Position numbers and translations under genes: made by a program
Notes under the pieces: generated by a model
What the model saw: the letters and a program-made list of their open reading frames with translations, nothing else
What the model was told of the DNA's origin: nothing
Databases searched by the model: none
Origin: Octopus sinensis
Lineage: Eukaryota
NCBI RefSeq assembly: GCF_006345805.1
Contig: NC_042997.1
Span: 103,788,001-103,852,000 of the forward strand
Length of the DNA stretch: 64,000 bases
Direction: 5' to 3'
Part shown: positions 40,380 to 57,689 of the stretch, one piece after another
How the letters are laid out: every line of letters begins with the position of its first letter
Numbering within the stretch: the first letter of the stretch is position 1

Positions 40380-40935
40380 CCTATCTATCCTTCCCTCTCT
40401 TCCTCCCTCCCTACACATATATTTACATATATATATGTATATATGGCTGGTATTTGTATATGTATATACACACTATATGTGCGTGTGTGCGTGTTAATTT
40501 GTGTGTAATACTAAGATAGAAGCCGCAGTTTATGAAAGGAAAGAATACATGTGTGTGTGTGTGAAAGAAAGACAGACAGAGTAAAAGGGAGAGAATGGGG
40601 AGAGGGATTATGAATGAAACATAGGGAAAACAATAGACAAAATAGTAGATACGAGCTTTAAAGACCGACAAGAGGAAGACAAAGCGCAATGTTAGCGGGG
40701 GTTCATTCATCTCCAGCTATTATCACCTGACGCAAATAAAGGCCCAGTCATGGAAAACCAGTGACTTTTCTTCTGCGTTGATGGCTCCAGTAATTTGTAA
40801 CCTTACCGCTTGAGTGGGTTGGTCGTTGGCTGAAGTCAGAAGTTCAGGCTTCAAAATAAACACACACACGCGCACAACCTATAGGAACATTTATTGGCAC
40901 ATTCAACTATAACTAAAGCAGACACTAGACGCAAA

Positions 40936-40978
<43 letters not shown>

Positions 40979-41280
40979 ATATATATATATATGTGTGTGT
41001 ATATATATATATATATATAAACACATATGTATATAAACACATATGTATATATATATATATTATATATATATATGGAGAGAGAGAGAGAGAGGAGAGAGAG
41101 AAAGAGATTATAAAATAGCATGCAGGTGTGTGGTAATGTGTTCCATATATTCAAATGCGTGCGTACACACTCACATAGACACAGACACACACACACACAC
41201 ATTTTGCATATTGTTTTGCACAGTGGGACGTTCCATGACCGAAGATAATCTCCAATGTTAAAATAAATAGCTAAATAACC

Positions 41281-41455
41281 CTTTCTGCTCTATGCACAAG
41301 GCCTGAGATTAAGAGAAGGGGTACTTATTTTATCGACCACAAAAGATGAAAGGCAAAGTCGATGTGTGTAGATTTTGAACTCAGAACATAAAGAGACGGA
41401 AGAAATACTTCTAAGCATTTTTCCCTGCGCGCTAATGATTCTGCTGACTCACTTC
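41281..41455 (-). mobile_element. SINE family 1 type A
   Basis: GCACAAGGCCTGAG..GATGAAAGGCAAAGTCGA..TTTGAACTCAGAAC on +. Confidence 0.75.
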
Positions 41456-44400
41456 TTTTAAATAAAATAAAAACAAAATATAAAAATAAAATTTTAAAAA
41501 GTATAGATAAATCTTTTCGCCACCTCCGAATAACATAATGGCTACCCGTGGATAGTCTGTGATCATTTGGAAACACAGTGGCAGACTTTTGTCCTGGGAT
41601 GTCTGTAACAACTCTAATCCTGCAGCGATCATTTTATTTTACATATTGCGGCAAGCTTGTTTCTTGTACTCAAGTTTGGTCTTTCACATTCCACTGTTAG
41701 AATCACGATGAAGCATTCTCTTTTTACTTCCGCAGTTCGCCTATTATTTCTCTAGTGTGATAGGTTTAATATACAGTATAAAAGAGTAAATAGTTTATAT
41801 AAGAGAAATTGAATGATTTTCTTCTTCAGAATTTAATGGCTAAGATCATAATACTATAGGGTTGCCATTTCGATTAAGAGTAGCCCTCATAGCAACCTCA
41901 GGTGTCTCCGTTGTATCGGTAAACATCATATATTCATCTACATTAACCGTGATCATAGATTATGTAATAGCTGTTTTTAAGTCATTGGTTGATTGCCATT
42001 ACAGCTTCTCATGATAGCAGAAACTAAGTAAGTCTTATTATTTCAGAGAAGTTAGGAACCTATCGCAACTAACAAACGAACAGACCCTTCACACTAGATA
42101 ATGTATATTGCTTATTTTCAGGAAAAGATATTTCTTTAAATGGAATCAAACCTGAGTGCTCAGACGAAATTAATTATGGATAATTTGATGACTTAGAGTA
42201 CAAACTTATTTGAGAATTTACTTTTATGTATATTTAGTCTCATCCTGCTTTTACGAACAACTCCAAATAATTTACTTGCATTTTTGTTTTATTTTTTTGG
42301 TCTTTGTCTAGGCACCTTAGTAAATGTATTTATTAAAAGTTTCGGTGTAATCATCTACTCATCTCGTTTTGCTTTTACCGTTCGCGACACGTTTCCGCGC
42401 ATCCTAAAGTCGGTCACATAGTTCAATGATGTCTTCTTTGAGCATCTTTATTCCTTACTAACGAATTTACTCGCCATGAAATTATCTAAAATTACGAAAA
42501 TTTGTAATTACATTTTTGAAATCTGGCGGTAGATTAACAAAGACACTCGACGGATCAATGGTTCGCAAAGCTAAAAAAGAAATTTCCAAGTTCGATTGCG
42601 TGTTTGCGAGCATTGAATAAAATAAAATTAACAAATAAAAATTTTCTCGGAAACACTAAAAATAGTGTTTGTTCTGTAGTCAGGTATTACGAGGCAATGC
42701 ATTTGATCGAAGAGGAAGCCTTTTATTTTTAAAACAGTTCACAACACTTCTTGATTGGTATAGTAAAGATTACTAAAGTCATCGATATATATTAAAAAAT
42801 GATTTCGAAATTTTCTTCGGAACGCAGATCGATAAGAGTCTGAAATAAAAGTCACTAGGTTCTTCAAATGTAACTTTATATTCCTGAGAGTTAAATAGTG
42901 CTTAACAGTACATGAAACCTCAGAAGGTGTAAGTATCACACTGAGTTTTATAGGTAGATGTCCACTTCCATTTCGACTGTAGCAATTTTATCTTAGCGAA
43001 ATAAATTGAAGTGGAACTAATTCAAGATGAAAGTCAATTCATATCAAGCTTGAATCCTCTAAAAGTACCTCTGACATGTGTCTCTGTATAGCGTAGAGAT
43101 AGATCATAACTATTGAAACAATAATAACAGGTATTAATCGCTTCATCTCGCGAAGATTCAATCATTTTTATTGTTATTTACAATACAGCATATTTACACA
43201 AAAAAAGATTGCTGTGCCTCGATTCTTTATAACGTTTTTATAACCCACAATCAATCTCACTTCATCATATTTTATCTTCACATATCACAAATGTACGTAT
43301 CTCGTAATATTAAATAATAACAACAAAATAAAGCCCAAGGAAATTATAATTCCTATTTATAGTACAGCAGTGGAGAATTTGCAGTGAATTTTATTGTTTT
43401 AAGAGCTATGATATTTCTCAGAATATCAATGATGAATGTGGAGATTTGTTTTCCAAATGAAAATCAAAGCTGCGCCAATCTCTCGGTCATGATTAATTTA
43501 AAGCTGCTCACGAGACACAGACATTTATTAGTGTCCTTAAATATCCTTGTTGGCTACTTTTAAATAAGATACCGTCGATATTAAATTAAATCCTGTCAAC
43601 ATTTTATCATCACTGAATTTCTATCAGTAACACTTTTAAAGCTGATAGGAGTATGATTTAGGAAAAAAACAAAAAAAGAAAGAAATGGATGGTCCAAGTC
43701 TGAAACTCTTGCATATTTTGCTATCAATGATGATACCTAACATAGGAGTCAATTAGCGAAACGGTTAGCTTTCGGTTTCTTTATTGCTAGCTGGTTAGAA
43801 CGAGTATCGGTCATATAATTTCATGTAAGACTGATTTTGTACATGATTTCGTATATGACTGTTCTAATAATGTTTTAATCAACCATCTAATCTAACTAGC
43901 CATGCTTTTGGCTAGTTAGATAATTAATTAAAACATTATTTTTAGAAAAGTATTATGGCTAAATCTGAAACAAAACAAATTCGTATTGTGTGATTACAAA
44001 AGAATTCATATAGCTCTTCATCAGATTTAAAATGAAAAGATTTAAAGTGGTTTCGGTCACAGTTTTATGACTATGATGAATAACATTGAATGAATTTAGA
44101 GATCCTTTTAAATAACATAACAAATATATAAGTATACGCTGGAGTCCCTAATGTCACATTTCTTGAAAAATAAATCTTATCATCTTAAATAAGTATGGAC
44201 ATAGTTCAAAATGCAATATTTTTGGAAAACATGTTGGCGAATTCGATCATACTTATATTTCCTAATAAAAAAAAAATTATAAGAATGCGGTATTTTTATG
44301 AATGGAAGGTCTTTGGTTAAAAGTCTAACCAGTTAAGTGACCAAGGTAAAAAAAAAAATAATTATGTCCCAATAAATGTTTAATAAATGCTGAAACAAAA

Positions 44401-44918
44401 GCAAAATATAAAGCAATTATCGGAAATGGGAGACGTATTAGGACATCTTTTGACTGACGACACAAGCATTCACAGAGAGTTGTGGTGAACAGAAAAATCC
44501 CATGAAACTAGAGGCCAGTGTACAAAAAACAAACAAACAAACAAACAAACCAAAAAGCCCACTATGTAACTAAACATAAATAAAGAATAAATTATAATCT
44601 TCTTATTCAAAATTACAAACAGCTTACAAGAAAAAGTATATTTTTATCGTTAGCTTACCGCTGTGTAATTTGTACGGTAGAGTTGTATTTAAGAAGTGGT
44701 AACTATAAGCAAATAATGTATGCTTTCACCTATACATATACAAATATATACATATATACATATATGTATACACTACAGAAACACGTTGTACATACACAAT
44801 AATATACACATTTACATACGTACGTATAAATACGAAAATGTGTCTGCTTATACATACATACGTATGTATGTATGTATGTATGTGTATGTATGTATGTATG
44901 TATGTATGTATGTATCTA

Positions 44919-44967
<49 letters not shown>

Positions 44968-45034
44968 ATATAAATATAAAATATTGCATACACATGTGTA
45001 TTATAAATATATAGGATTATATATGTATATAAAT

Positions 45035-45067
<33 letters not shown>

Positions 45068-45573
45068 GCGTGTGTTGTGTACATATCTATATATGTGTAT
45101 ATATATATACATGTATGTGTATGTATATATATATATATATATAATATATATATATATAATATATATATATATAATGCATACAAACATAAATAAAAATAAT
45201 AAAAATACACAAAGCAAACAAAGATAACTAGCAAAATATAAATTTCCCTTCTTTCTTGGGAATGAGTTTCACGCTGATTTTAACAGCGATTAGCTGCGTT
45301 GTGGTGTTGAATATTATCAGATAGGCAGCAAACCGTAACTGAGAGCATTCGTACTAACAACCAAAGGGCTGTCTGTTGAAAACATTATTCTAATTATGTA
45401 TAAACACATCAAAATGTGCCACATGTAGGAAGAACTCAGGAAGAAAGACGTTCTTCACTGAAACTCAGTGGTTACATTGTACAGTGGCGCAGGCACCCTC
45501 CTGTACTGTCTGTCCATAAACATCTGTCTGTCCATTCGTCTCTCTCTCCCTCACTCTCTCACTCTCACTCTAA

Positions 45574-45641
<68 letters not shown>

Positions 45642-45711
45642 ATTAGTGTCTCTCTATCTCTCTCGGTCTATCTGTCTCTCGATCTGTCTATCTGTCTCTC
45701 GGTCTGTCTGT

Positions 45712-45763
<52 letters not shown>

Positions 45764-45994
45764 TGTATCTATTTATTTGGCTGTCTGTCTGTTTGTCTGT
45801 CTGTATGTATACATTTTCCTTTAATTTAGTCACTAGTGCACTTTTATACTGCGCCGCCCTTAATCAAAGACTTAGTCCAACTTATCGACTTCAGTTCGCA
45901 TATTCTAAATGTGTGGTTTGATCGATCTCTGTTGTATTGTATTGTTTAAGTAGTCTCACCGTCCATATATATTTAATAAACTATTTTAAATAAG

Positions 45995-46028
<34 letters not shown>

Positions 46029-46354
46029 TGTTTCTTTATTAGCCACACAGGGCTGCACACAGATAGAACAAATTACAAGGTAGAGCTTTTCTTTTGGGGG
46101 TAAAAAAAGGAGAGTGGTGGTTTTCGATCAAAAGGGATCGTAAAAGGAAAGAAAAAGGACAAAAAAAGGGGAGGGGTTAAAAAAAGGGGGGGAGAAAAAA
46201 AAATGAATAATAGGGATCGTTATCACAGAAATGTCAATATGAAGTGTAAAGGGGAGGACAGGTGAGGTTTACCCGTGGAAAGAAAAGCCTACGGAAAAGA
46301 CCACGGTAACCTCGGTCAATGAAATCACATGTTATATTTCTTTTTTTTTTTTTT
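46029..46354 (-). mobile_element. Tx1-clade LINE copy A (3' UTR only)
   Basis: Homologous to the 3' UTRs of copies B-D; flanked on both sides by (TAGA)n. Confidence 0.85.
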
Positions 46355-46385
46355 ATAGATAGATAGATAGATAGATAAATAGATA

Positions 46386-48433
46386 AGTTTCTTTATTTGC
46401 CACACCGGGCTGCACACAGATGGGACAAATTACAAGGTAGAGCTTTTCTTTTGGGGGATGAAAATAACAAAAAACAAAAAACAAAAGAAACAAAAAAAAG
46501 TGGCGTAGGTTTTCGATCAAAAGGGATAGTAAAAGGGAAAAAAGAAAAAAAAAGGAAAAAAAAGGAAAAGAAACAAAAGAAAATAAAAATGAAAAAAGAA
46601 CAAAAAAGAGGAAAAAAGAGGAAGAGGAAAAAAACCATCAATAGGGGTCGTGTATCACAGTGTCATGATGTGCGATGTAAAGGGGAAAGCAGATAAGGTT
46701 TATCCGTGGGAAGAAAAGCCTACGAAAAAGACCACGGTAACCTCGGTCAATATTGTTATATGTTACCACATTTGTTTGCAAGTGGGTAACCTCTGTTTTC
46801 AATTTCTGGGTTCATAGGATTATGCTCAAGGTGGCTTCGTCATTCATACGTGCCATCCTTGCTACATTCACCCATCTTTTTTTTAAACATTCGCTAGACA
46901 AAACTTGCCTCTCTACTCTCACTTTCCTTTGCAAGTGGTACTTGAAGAAGTTGATGAGAGATTGACCAGAGAGGAAAGTGTTTGTCTCCAATCCTTTCAG
47001 ACGCGTCCACCAGATACATTCTTTCGCCATAGCCACAAGGATGATGAAAATAGCTCTTCCTTCCCGTTTGAAGGAAGGAGGCGTGACAATATTGACGATA
47101 GACTCAGCTGATAAACCGACTCGTCCCACGCGTGACAGCAGTTGTTCGACATAAGCCCACTGGTCGGAAATTGTTGGACACTGCACGATTGCGTGCAGAA
47201 CGGTTTCGTCGCTCTGACCGCATCTCGGGCAGGTCGGCCCCGTGTTTCTCGAGCCGTGTCTGTAGAGCTTATCCCGAACGGGTAGCGCTTCTCGGTAGCA
47301 CTGCCAGGCCAGGGATCTCTGGAAGTTATCCATGGGCCCTGGTCCGAAAGTCGTCCCGAACAGGCGGGTCAGGTATTCCTCGTCGACGTCCAGGTTCGCC
47401 CCGAGCTCGTCGTTGTACCTCCCCTCCACTAATCCCCTATAGAATGCTTTGGTTCAAGGTTGACTCAAGACGGCAGAGTTGCTTGAGAGCAACGCGACAC
47501 ACGCGGTGCCATTCGCCCTTCCTCGGCCTCTTTTTGATCCACGACTGCAGTTCGATCATGGAGACGAGCTGCGGGAAAGCGTGCCTCACAAACGTCGACC
47601 ACAGCTGTACACCGTCGCCTACGAAGAGTCTGAGATGTCGCAGTCTCAGCGCGTGTCTGAGCATCATCAACCACGGCAAGCCCAGTCCTCCTTTTAACGG
47701 GTGTTGACAGCAAATGGATCGCCTGACCATCGGGACGCATCCTTTCCACAAGAAGCGAAAGAGAATGCGTTCTCGTTTGGTGATGGTAGGGTCAGGACAA
47801 GGCACGACGGTCAGGCGGTAGTAGATGACGGACGCGATGTACTTGTTCGCCACCTCCGCCCGACCTTTTAGGGACAGTTTCCTCTCAGCCCATTGCCGAG
47901 CGAGAGTGACCACCCTACTCGTTATCTCGTTCCAGTTCTTCTCCACTTGGAGCTCCGGACCGAACCAAACCCCGAGCAACTGGACCGGACCGTCGATCCA
48001 GCGTCCCACGACGGAGGCGCTGGTGGACGGCATGGGCTTGCTTCTCCAGGTGCCTAGTCGCAAGCCCACTGACTTTTCCCGGTTGATTTTCGCTTCTGTT
48101 ACCGCTTCGTAGTTTTTCAGTGTCTCGCCGACCTGCTCGATGTGCTCGTGGCTAGACACTATGACGGTGACGTCGTCCGCATATGCAGACACGCTCGTCC
48201 CGCATCCCGGTTCTCGCTGGGTGTCCCTCAGAGTTGCCAGCTTCCGCAATAATGGCTCGAGAGTCAATACGTATAGAAGCGACGAGAGGGGGCATCCCTG
48301 GCGGACCGAACGTGCGATTTCGAAAGGTCTCGATAGATGTCCATTTACGCGAATTACCGAACGGATGCCTCTGTACAAAGCGGCTATCCAGCCGCGGAAG
48401 ACAGGACCGAAGTCAGCCGCTCTGAGGACAGCC
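46386..48433 (-). mobile_element. Tx1/L1-clade LINE copy B (5'-truncated within RT)
   Basis: ORF 47437-48378 RSVRQGCPLS..SAYADDVTV..GGLGLP; ORF 46812-47429 CPRCGQSDETVLHAIVQC (CCHC). Confidence 0.92.
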
Positions 48434-51055
<2,622 letters not shown>

Positions 51056-51059
51056 ATAA

Positions 51060-51067
51060 TTGTTTAG

Positions 51068-51099
<32 letters not shown>

Positions 51100-52120
51100 A
51101 TATAATATATATATATATGATATATATATATATATATATATATAGATATAGATATATCACACACACACATACACACACATACCTGCACACACAAACCCAC
51201 ACATACACATACACTACATACACCTACCTACTTCAGACATACACACACACAGACATACACCCACACACTCACACGCATACACACACACACATACACATGC
51301 TGCACACGTACACATACACACACACACACACCTACATACATACATTACACTTGTATCACACACACTTACATTCATACACACACACACCTACACAGCCTAT
51401 ACCCTCACTCAGACACACACATCTACCTACACACACACACAAACACACACGGACACACACCCATAACATACATACATCTACACACACACGCCTACACACA
51501 TACATACACACATACATAAACACCACACCATACACATATACACACATACGCACACACACATATACTTAACACATGCACACACACACATACATACATACAC
51601 CCATATACATACACACACACATACCCACATACTCCTATACGCCATACATACACACAGACATACACACATACACACCACACAAACATACACCCACACATAC
51701 TTACACACACACTCACCTGCACGCGCACACACATGCATGACAAACACCCATACACTCACACTCACATACGCACACACCACATAACAACGCACACGCACAC
51801 GCACACACACACCTACACTCCCACACACATACACACGCACCTACATACACACACGCACGCCATACACACGCATACACACATACATTACACATGTACACAC
51901 ACCACATACACACACGTACACACACTTCCCCACACCCACACGTACATACATACACACTCACACACATACACACACACACCACACACGGACATACATCTAT
52001 GCACACACATACATACACACATACTCACATACATTCATCGGACACACTGCCAGCCCGGAATAACACACAGACACACTCACACATCCACACACATACATAC
52101 TTACGCACATACTCGCAGGC
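51060..52120. repeat. Long degenerate (TA)/(CA)/(TACA) compound repeat
   Basis: Low-complexity sequence; its irregularity could reflect sequencing noise. Confidence 0.85.
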
Positions 52121-52844
52121 GCGCGCACGCACGCGCTTGCGCGGCTCGCCACGCATACGCTCCGCAGGCACCTCGCTCTTGGAACCGACAACCTCCCGCC
52201 CGTTCCTGGACCGTCGCGTGTCGTTGGGTTTCCCACGCCCGCCTCCGCGGACCACTCTTCCATCTTCCCCTCAGCTGGAGTCCTTTTTCCTTAACCCCCC
52301 CCCCCCCTTTTTCGTTACACACACGCGCACACATATACCAACATTGCTTAAATATATACATTACTCTTACACACATTCAATCTATCGCCATTTATACCAC
52401 CACGACACTGACACACACACACACTACTACTCAACACACGCTGGCACGCTACATACGCCCCCACCCCTTCCCCTCCCTCCCTTCCTCCTCCTTCCTTCTT
52501 TTTCTTACTACTGACCTTTGTCTGCTAAGCTGACTACTGTCTCGCCCTACCTCACACGCCTACACACAGACGCACACACTAACACACACATATATATTTT
52601 TTGTTTTTTCATCTCGCCTCACACACACACATACACACACGCACACGCACACACTCACACATACACACACATCTGTTGCGTTACCAACCTTGTCTCCACT
52701 CTTTTGCCTTTAAAAACCCACTTTGCTCTGTTTTTCGTAAACATCATCCGCCTTTCACCATGTGCAACTCGTAAACACCAGTCGTCTTTTTTCTCTTTCC
52801 CTGTTGCCCCGCTCTGGGATCTTCTTTCCTCTCTCTTCTTTCTT

Positions 52845-52882
52845 TATGTTTCCGACGAAGAGCTCCGCTCGAAACGTCATAC
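52845..52882 (+). ncRNA. Hammerhead-like motif (U4C variant) in a Penelope-like terminal repeat
   Basis: CCGACGA A GAGC-TCC-GCTC GAA ACGT C; stem I is weak. Confidence 0.4.
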
Positions 52883-53095
52883 CTCCCTGCTTCTTTTCCT
52901 GAGCGCCTATTAATAATAATACTGTAATTGTTCCATTGTTGTTGTTTTTTTTGTTTCCCGTTTGGATTAAAATTATATATATATATATAAAATATTATTT
53001 GAGACAAAACCACTATTTTGCAAACAAACAGGAAAGACTTAATCAATACATAAAATTTATAAATAGTCAAAAAATAGATATATATATATATATAT

Positions 53096-53152
<57 letters not shown>

Positions 53153-53548
53153 TAGATAGATAGTAGATAGATAGATAGATAGATAGAAGAATTTATATAA
53201 TTAAAGATGCTAGCTAGCTAGATAAATAATCATAAGTATTGATAGGTAGATAGACATATACATCAACAGATTGACAGATAGATAAATTGTCAGACACATA
53301 GACAGATAGCGTGCTAACTGCATATATAAAAAGAAAGAAAATTGATTGATAGAAAGATAGAAAAGTTGATATGTTGATAAAAGACAGATAGACAGACGAA
53401 CAGGAAGTCAGACTGACAGAAAGTCAGACTGACAGAAAGTCAGACTGACAGAAAGTCAGACAGATAGATAGATAAATAGCCAGGTAGCTAGGTAGCCAGG
53501 AAACCAAACAGGCAATCAGCTAGAGGACAGACAGAGATAGATAGATGA

Positions 53549-53637
<89 letters not shown>

Positions 53638-53710
53638 CCGGTCGATAAACACATGGATAGATAGACAATATATAGACAGATAAACGTACAGATAGGTAGA
53701 GGGGTAGATA

Positions 53711-54074
53711 TGTTTCTTTATTAGCCACAGAGGGCTGAACACAGAGGGGGACAAATTCCAAAGTAGAACATTTCTTTTTGGGGAGAAAAAAAAGGTGGGG
53801 TAGGTTTTCAATCAATAGGGATCGTAAAAAAGAAACCGATGATTAGGGATCATGTATCACAGAAATGTCATGATGTAAAGTGTAAAGGGGGACACAGATA
53901 AGGTTTATCCGTTGAAAGAAAAACCTACGGAAAAGACCACGGTAACCTCGGTCAATAATGTAACATGTTAACACATTTATTTGCAAGTAAGTAACTCTCT
54001 GTTTTAAATTTTTCCGGGTTCATAGGATCATGCGCAAGGTGACTTCGTCATTCATACGTGCTATCCTTGCTACA
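53711..54074 (-). mobile_element. Tx1-clade LINE copy D (last ORF2 codons and 3' UTR)
   Basis: VARIARMNDEVTLRMIL* matches the end of copy B (VARMARMNDEATLSIIL*); flanked by TAGA-type repeats. Confidence 0.85.
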
Positions 54075-54269
54075 ATAGAAAAGTTTATATGTAGATGGAT
54101 AAACCGTGAGATAGATATATATAGAGAGAGAAAGAGAGGGAGAGGGAGGGTGAAAGAGAGACACACAGATAGATTGATAGATAGATAGACAGATAGACAG
54201 ATAGATAGACATATGTAGGTAACTAGGTGGGTAGGTAGGTATGTACGTAGGTACGTAGATAAATGGATT

Positions 54270-55380
54270 GATGGAAACGGGGTTATCCGTCGAGAAGCTA
54301 CTAAGCCCAATATTCGAATGTTCCAAATATGAGCAAAATTCCGGAAGAGATTATACTTCCGAAAGATGTGGGATTAAGAGTGGTGGTGGAGGGTAGGCCC
54401 CCCATATGTTACTTGTGTGGTGAGAAGGGCCACATGGAGGCCAGATGCCCCCCCCAAAAAAGAGAAAGAGAAACAAATGGAACTATCGAAGGAGCAGGAG
54501 AGAGTGAATGATGAGGTACAGGATAAGGAAAGGAGACAGAAGAGGGATTTGAAGTGGTAAAAAAAAAAGCAAGAGGAAAGGCTCTCCGCCGGAGAGGCAG
54601 AAAAAAAAAAGAAACAGAGAAGGAGATTGAGGAAGAAGCTGTAAAGGATATTGAAAAGGATATAGAGTAGAAGAGAAGGTTGAGAAGGTTATGGAGGAGG
54701 AAGAGACAGAAGCAAGAATAATAGAAAGTTTATTTACCAAGGAAGTAGAACAGCAACTAGAAGAAGCAATGACAATGACCAAAGTAGAAGTGGCGCCAAG
54801 AGCGGAACTCGGTAAACAAACAGTATGGCGGAGAAAATACAGTTGGTATTTCGTAACATGACAAAGACGTACATACGGAGAAGATAGTAACCAAGCTGAA
54901 ATCTATTATAAGGATGAGGCTTCCAAGGGCCATGTACGGCGAAAGTGTGAAAGCAATTTTGATTGACCAAGAAAGGTATAGCAGGTTGAAAGAAAAAATG
55001 TAATGTTGAACCACCAGGATTTGTAGTAGAGCTTGATGAATTACTACCAGTGGTGAACTGGGCGAAATAGAGCCATATATGATTTTAAAAAAAAGAGTAA
55101 ATGGTGTTTTTAAAAAAGAGGGAAAAAAAAGGAAAAAAGTGTGAAATTAAAAAAAAAATGCTAATAGGTAAAAACACCAAAAAAGACTATAAACGGACGG
55201 TAAGAACGTTCAAATGGTACTACATGTGAGTGGGGCGCATGCAGCCATTTCATTATCATCGATTTCACTGTACATTTTACCATTTCTTTCATCCGTTTTA
55301 TGTTTTTGTCTCCACTGTGATGTTGTGTCTATCTTTGTGCTGTCCCCTCTGTGTTATGGCCGTAGTACCAAAAAATACAA
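54270..55380 (+). mobile_element. Decayed ORF1 (gag-like, CCHC) element without visible ORF2
   Basis: LRVVVEGRPPICYLCGEKGHMEARC (CX2CX4HX4C), then an E/K-rich region and a 3' end containing TGTCCCCTCTGTGTT. Confidence 0.6.
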
Positions 55381-57689
55381 TATTTGAGTGTGAGTATGTG
55401 TGTGTGCGCGCGCATGCGAATGTGTATATACAGTTATACGCAGCTTAGAGTATCGTGGTTACACGAAATCATGTCATACAACATTACTGTTAGCTATATG
55501 TATACACCATAGTTTCTTGACAGACAGGCGTAGCAACAGAAATGACAATATAGTATTATGCATATAATGATAGATTGATGTACCTTGTCAAAATGAAAAC
55601 TACTATTATATATACTTGTGTATAATTAAATATCTTCTATGCTATGCAAAAACAAAGAAACAAAACGAAACAAAAAATTAGTGGATGGGTGTACTATTTA
55701 GCTGCCAGCTGTTGGTTGATATAGTGTATGATCCACAGAAAATGTCACGGTGGAAAATAAGTAGCAGAATAAATGTTGCAGGGAATAAAGTCATTGGAAT
55801 AATAGATAATAAAATGACTGATTTAACGTTCGTTTTTCATTGCTTTAAGTTGTTGAATTTTCCTTCATAATCATCTAATACCGTTTTTATAAACTGTGGC
55901 ATCATAGCCTACAGTTTACGTATTATCATTCAATGATCAACTTCAAAATATTTAAATTACTTATTATTTACGTTATTAAATGAAATGATATTTGTATCTT
56001 GTTTCTTTATTCCCTAACCCTTTTTTTATTTTCGTTCCTGTGATGTTTTCTTTTCTGCTTTTTTGTGACGAGTTTACTAGAATTTTTCTATCTGAGACGC
56101 ATTTTAAAAAGAAAAAAAATTTCTTCTTGTTACATTTATAATTACATTTTGACAGTAATTTTTCATGCAGTGATGTTTTTATTTCTGTATTGTTTTTGTG
56201 ACGTTTTTTTACTGTGACCTTCCTTCCAGCGACATTGTACATTATTAACACTTAACCTTATGTAGCGTTTTTCGGTGTCTTCCTCTGGTGACGTCTTTAC
56301 TTGTGGCATTTAAAAAAAATATATTTCTACATGTGACGTCTTAAAGGATTTTTTTTCTGTAAGTTTCCCTTCTATGACATTTTATTTTCTGCTACATTAT
56401 TTTTTGTGATGTATTTTTCTATGATTTTCTTCTATAGCAGATTTCTCCGTCTTTTTTGTGATGCTGTTTTGCGATTACTTCTCATGTTTTCTTTTTCTCT
56501 ATAACTATTCTATCTCTGACATTTTTTCCTCTGCTATTTCCTTTTGCGATAATATTTTGCCCTTGAATTTTCTTTCTGTGTTGTGTTTTCTGTGACTGTC
56601 CTGCATTACTTGATCGTTCATATTAATACACACACATTCCTATTTAGACTCCTACATAAAATTGTCGCATAAATACTCATAAAAATCAATATCACACACA
56701 ATTTAATACCGAATAGATCTCTAATTAGGCAGTTTAAATGGTTGGCATCTCCAACTTGCAATGCTTTCTTCATATTCTGACGTAAAATATAACCCTTGCT
56801 TTACCCCGTGAAACATCTAACTTCCGTTATAGTGGAACCTATAATTGGGAATTAATAAGTATTATTGCAAGAAATTACTGACTAGCAAAGTCAATGAACC
56901 TGTCTTCTGTGACATGACTAAGCTATAATAATATTTGATAAATAATAACCCGACTTTGTTTAATGTACATTGGGCCTTTTTACGATGTTTCCCTGTCATT
57001 TACCATTAATCGTTTGCGGGAAATCTTGACCTGCGATCTACAGTTCATATCTTAATACATTACTGGTGTTTTTAACCATGTATATTTTTCAATGTGATAC
57101 CTTTCTACAGAATGCATCAATGTATTGTATGTATGTGTAGACCGGAGTAAACAACTTTTTCATCTGTACAAAACCTTCGTGGAGGGAAAAAGAAGAATCA
57201 GGTGGACTGTTTCTAATACTGCGCTGGAATTTCCTCGGCTATCAAACACTCGATTTAACTGCCCAGAGAAAAAGACTGTTTATAAATGCACTATTAGACA
57301 GTACTTAATGTAAATGAGATATATTAATTTGTATATATTATGCATTCTTCACTGTAAACTTATGTTTAATTTAAGGCTTTGGCTATTTCTAAAGAAATCA
57401 GATACTGACTCCAGATGAAATGCTTATCGATATTTATCCTATACGACTGCTTTATTTACTTAAAGATAAACAAACACAAAACTTAACACTTTATTAGGGA
57501 AGGCTTTATATCTCGTGCTTTACAAGATTATAACATTGATCACAGCAATAACTCTGCAACGATGCAAATGCATCATATATCAGGCCTATTAAAAACACAT
57601 AAGCAACACATAAATTCTGTTACATGAATCAAAATTAAAATGGAACAGATGAACGCATTATCAAAAATATCATAACGTGATTGGTTGCC

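Noticed and set aside
41990-42190. Cluster of splice-like signals (TTACAG, GTAAGT, TTTTCAG)
   Set aside because: The implied exons are tiny, reach stops quickly and give no recognisable peptide.
51733-52533. 266-aa and 207-aa His/Thr-rich ORFs
   Set aside because: Degenerate CA repeat read-through.
53404-53461. Possible CRISPR-like array
   Set aside because: No spacers and a eukaryotic context; it is a simple minisatellite.
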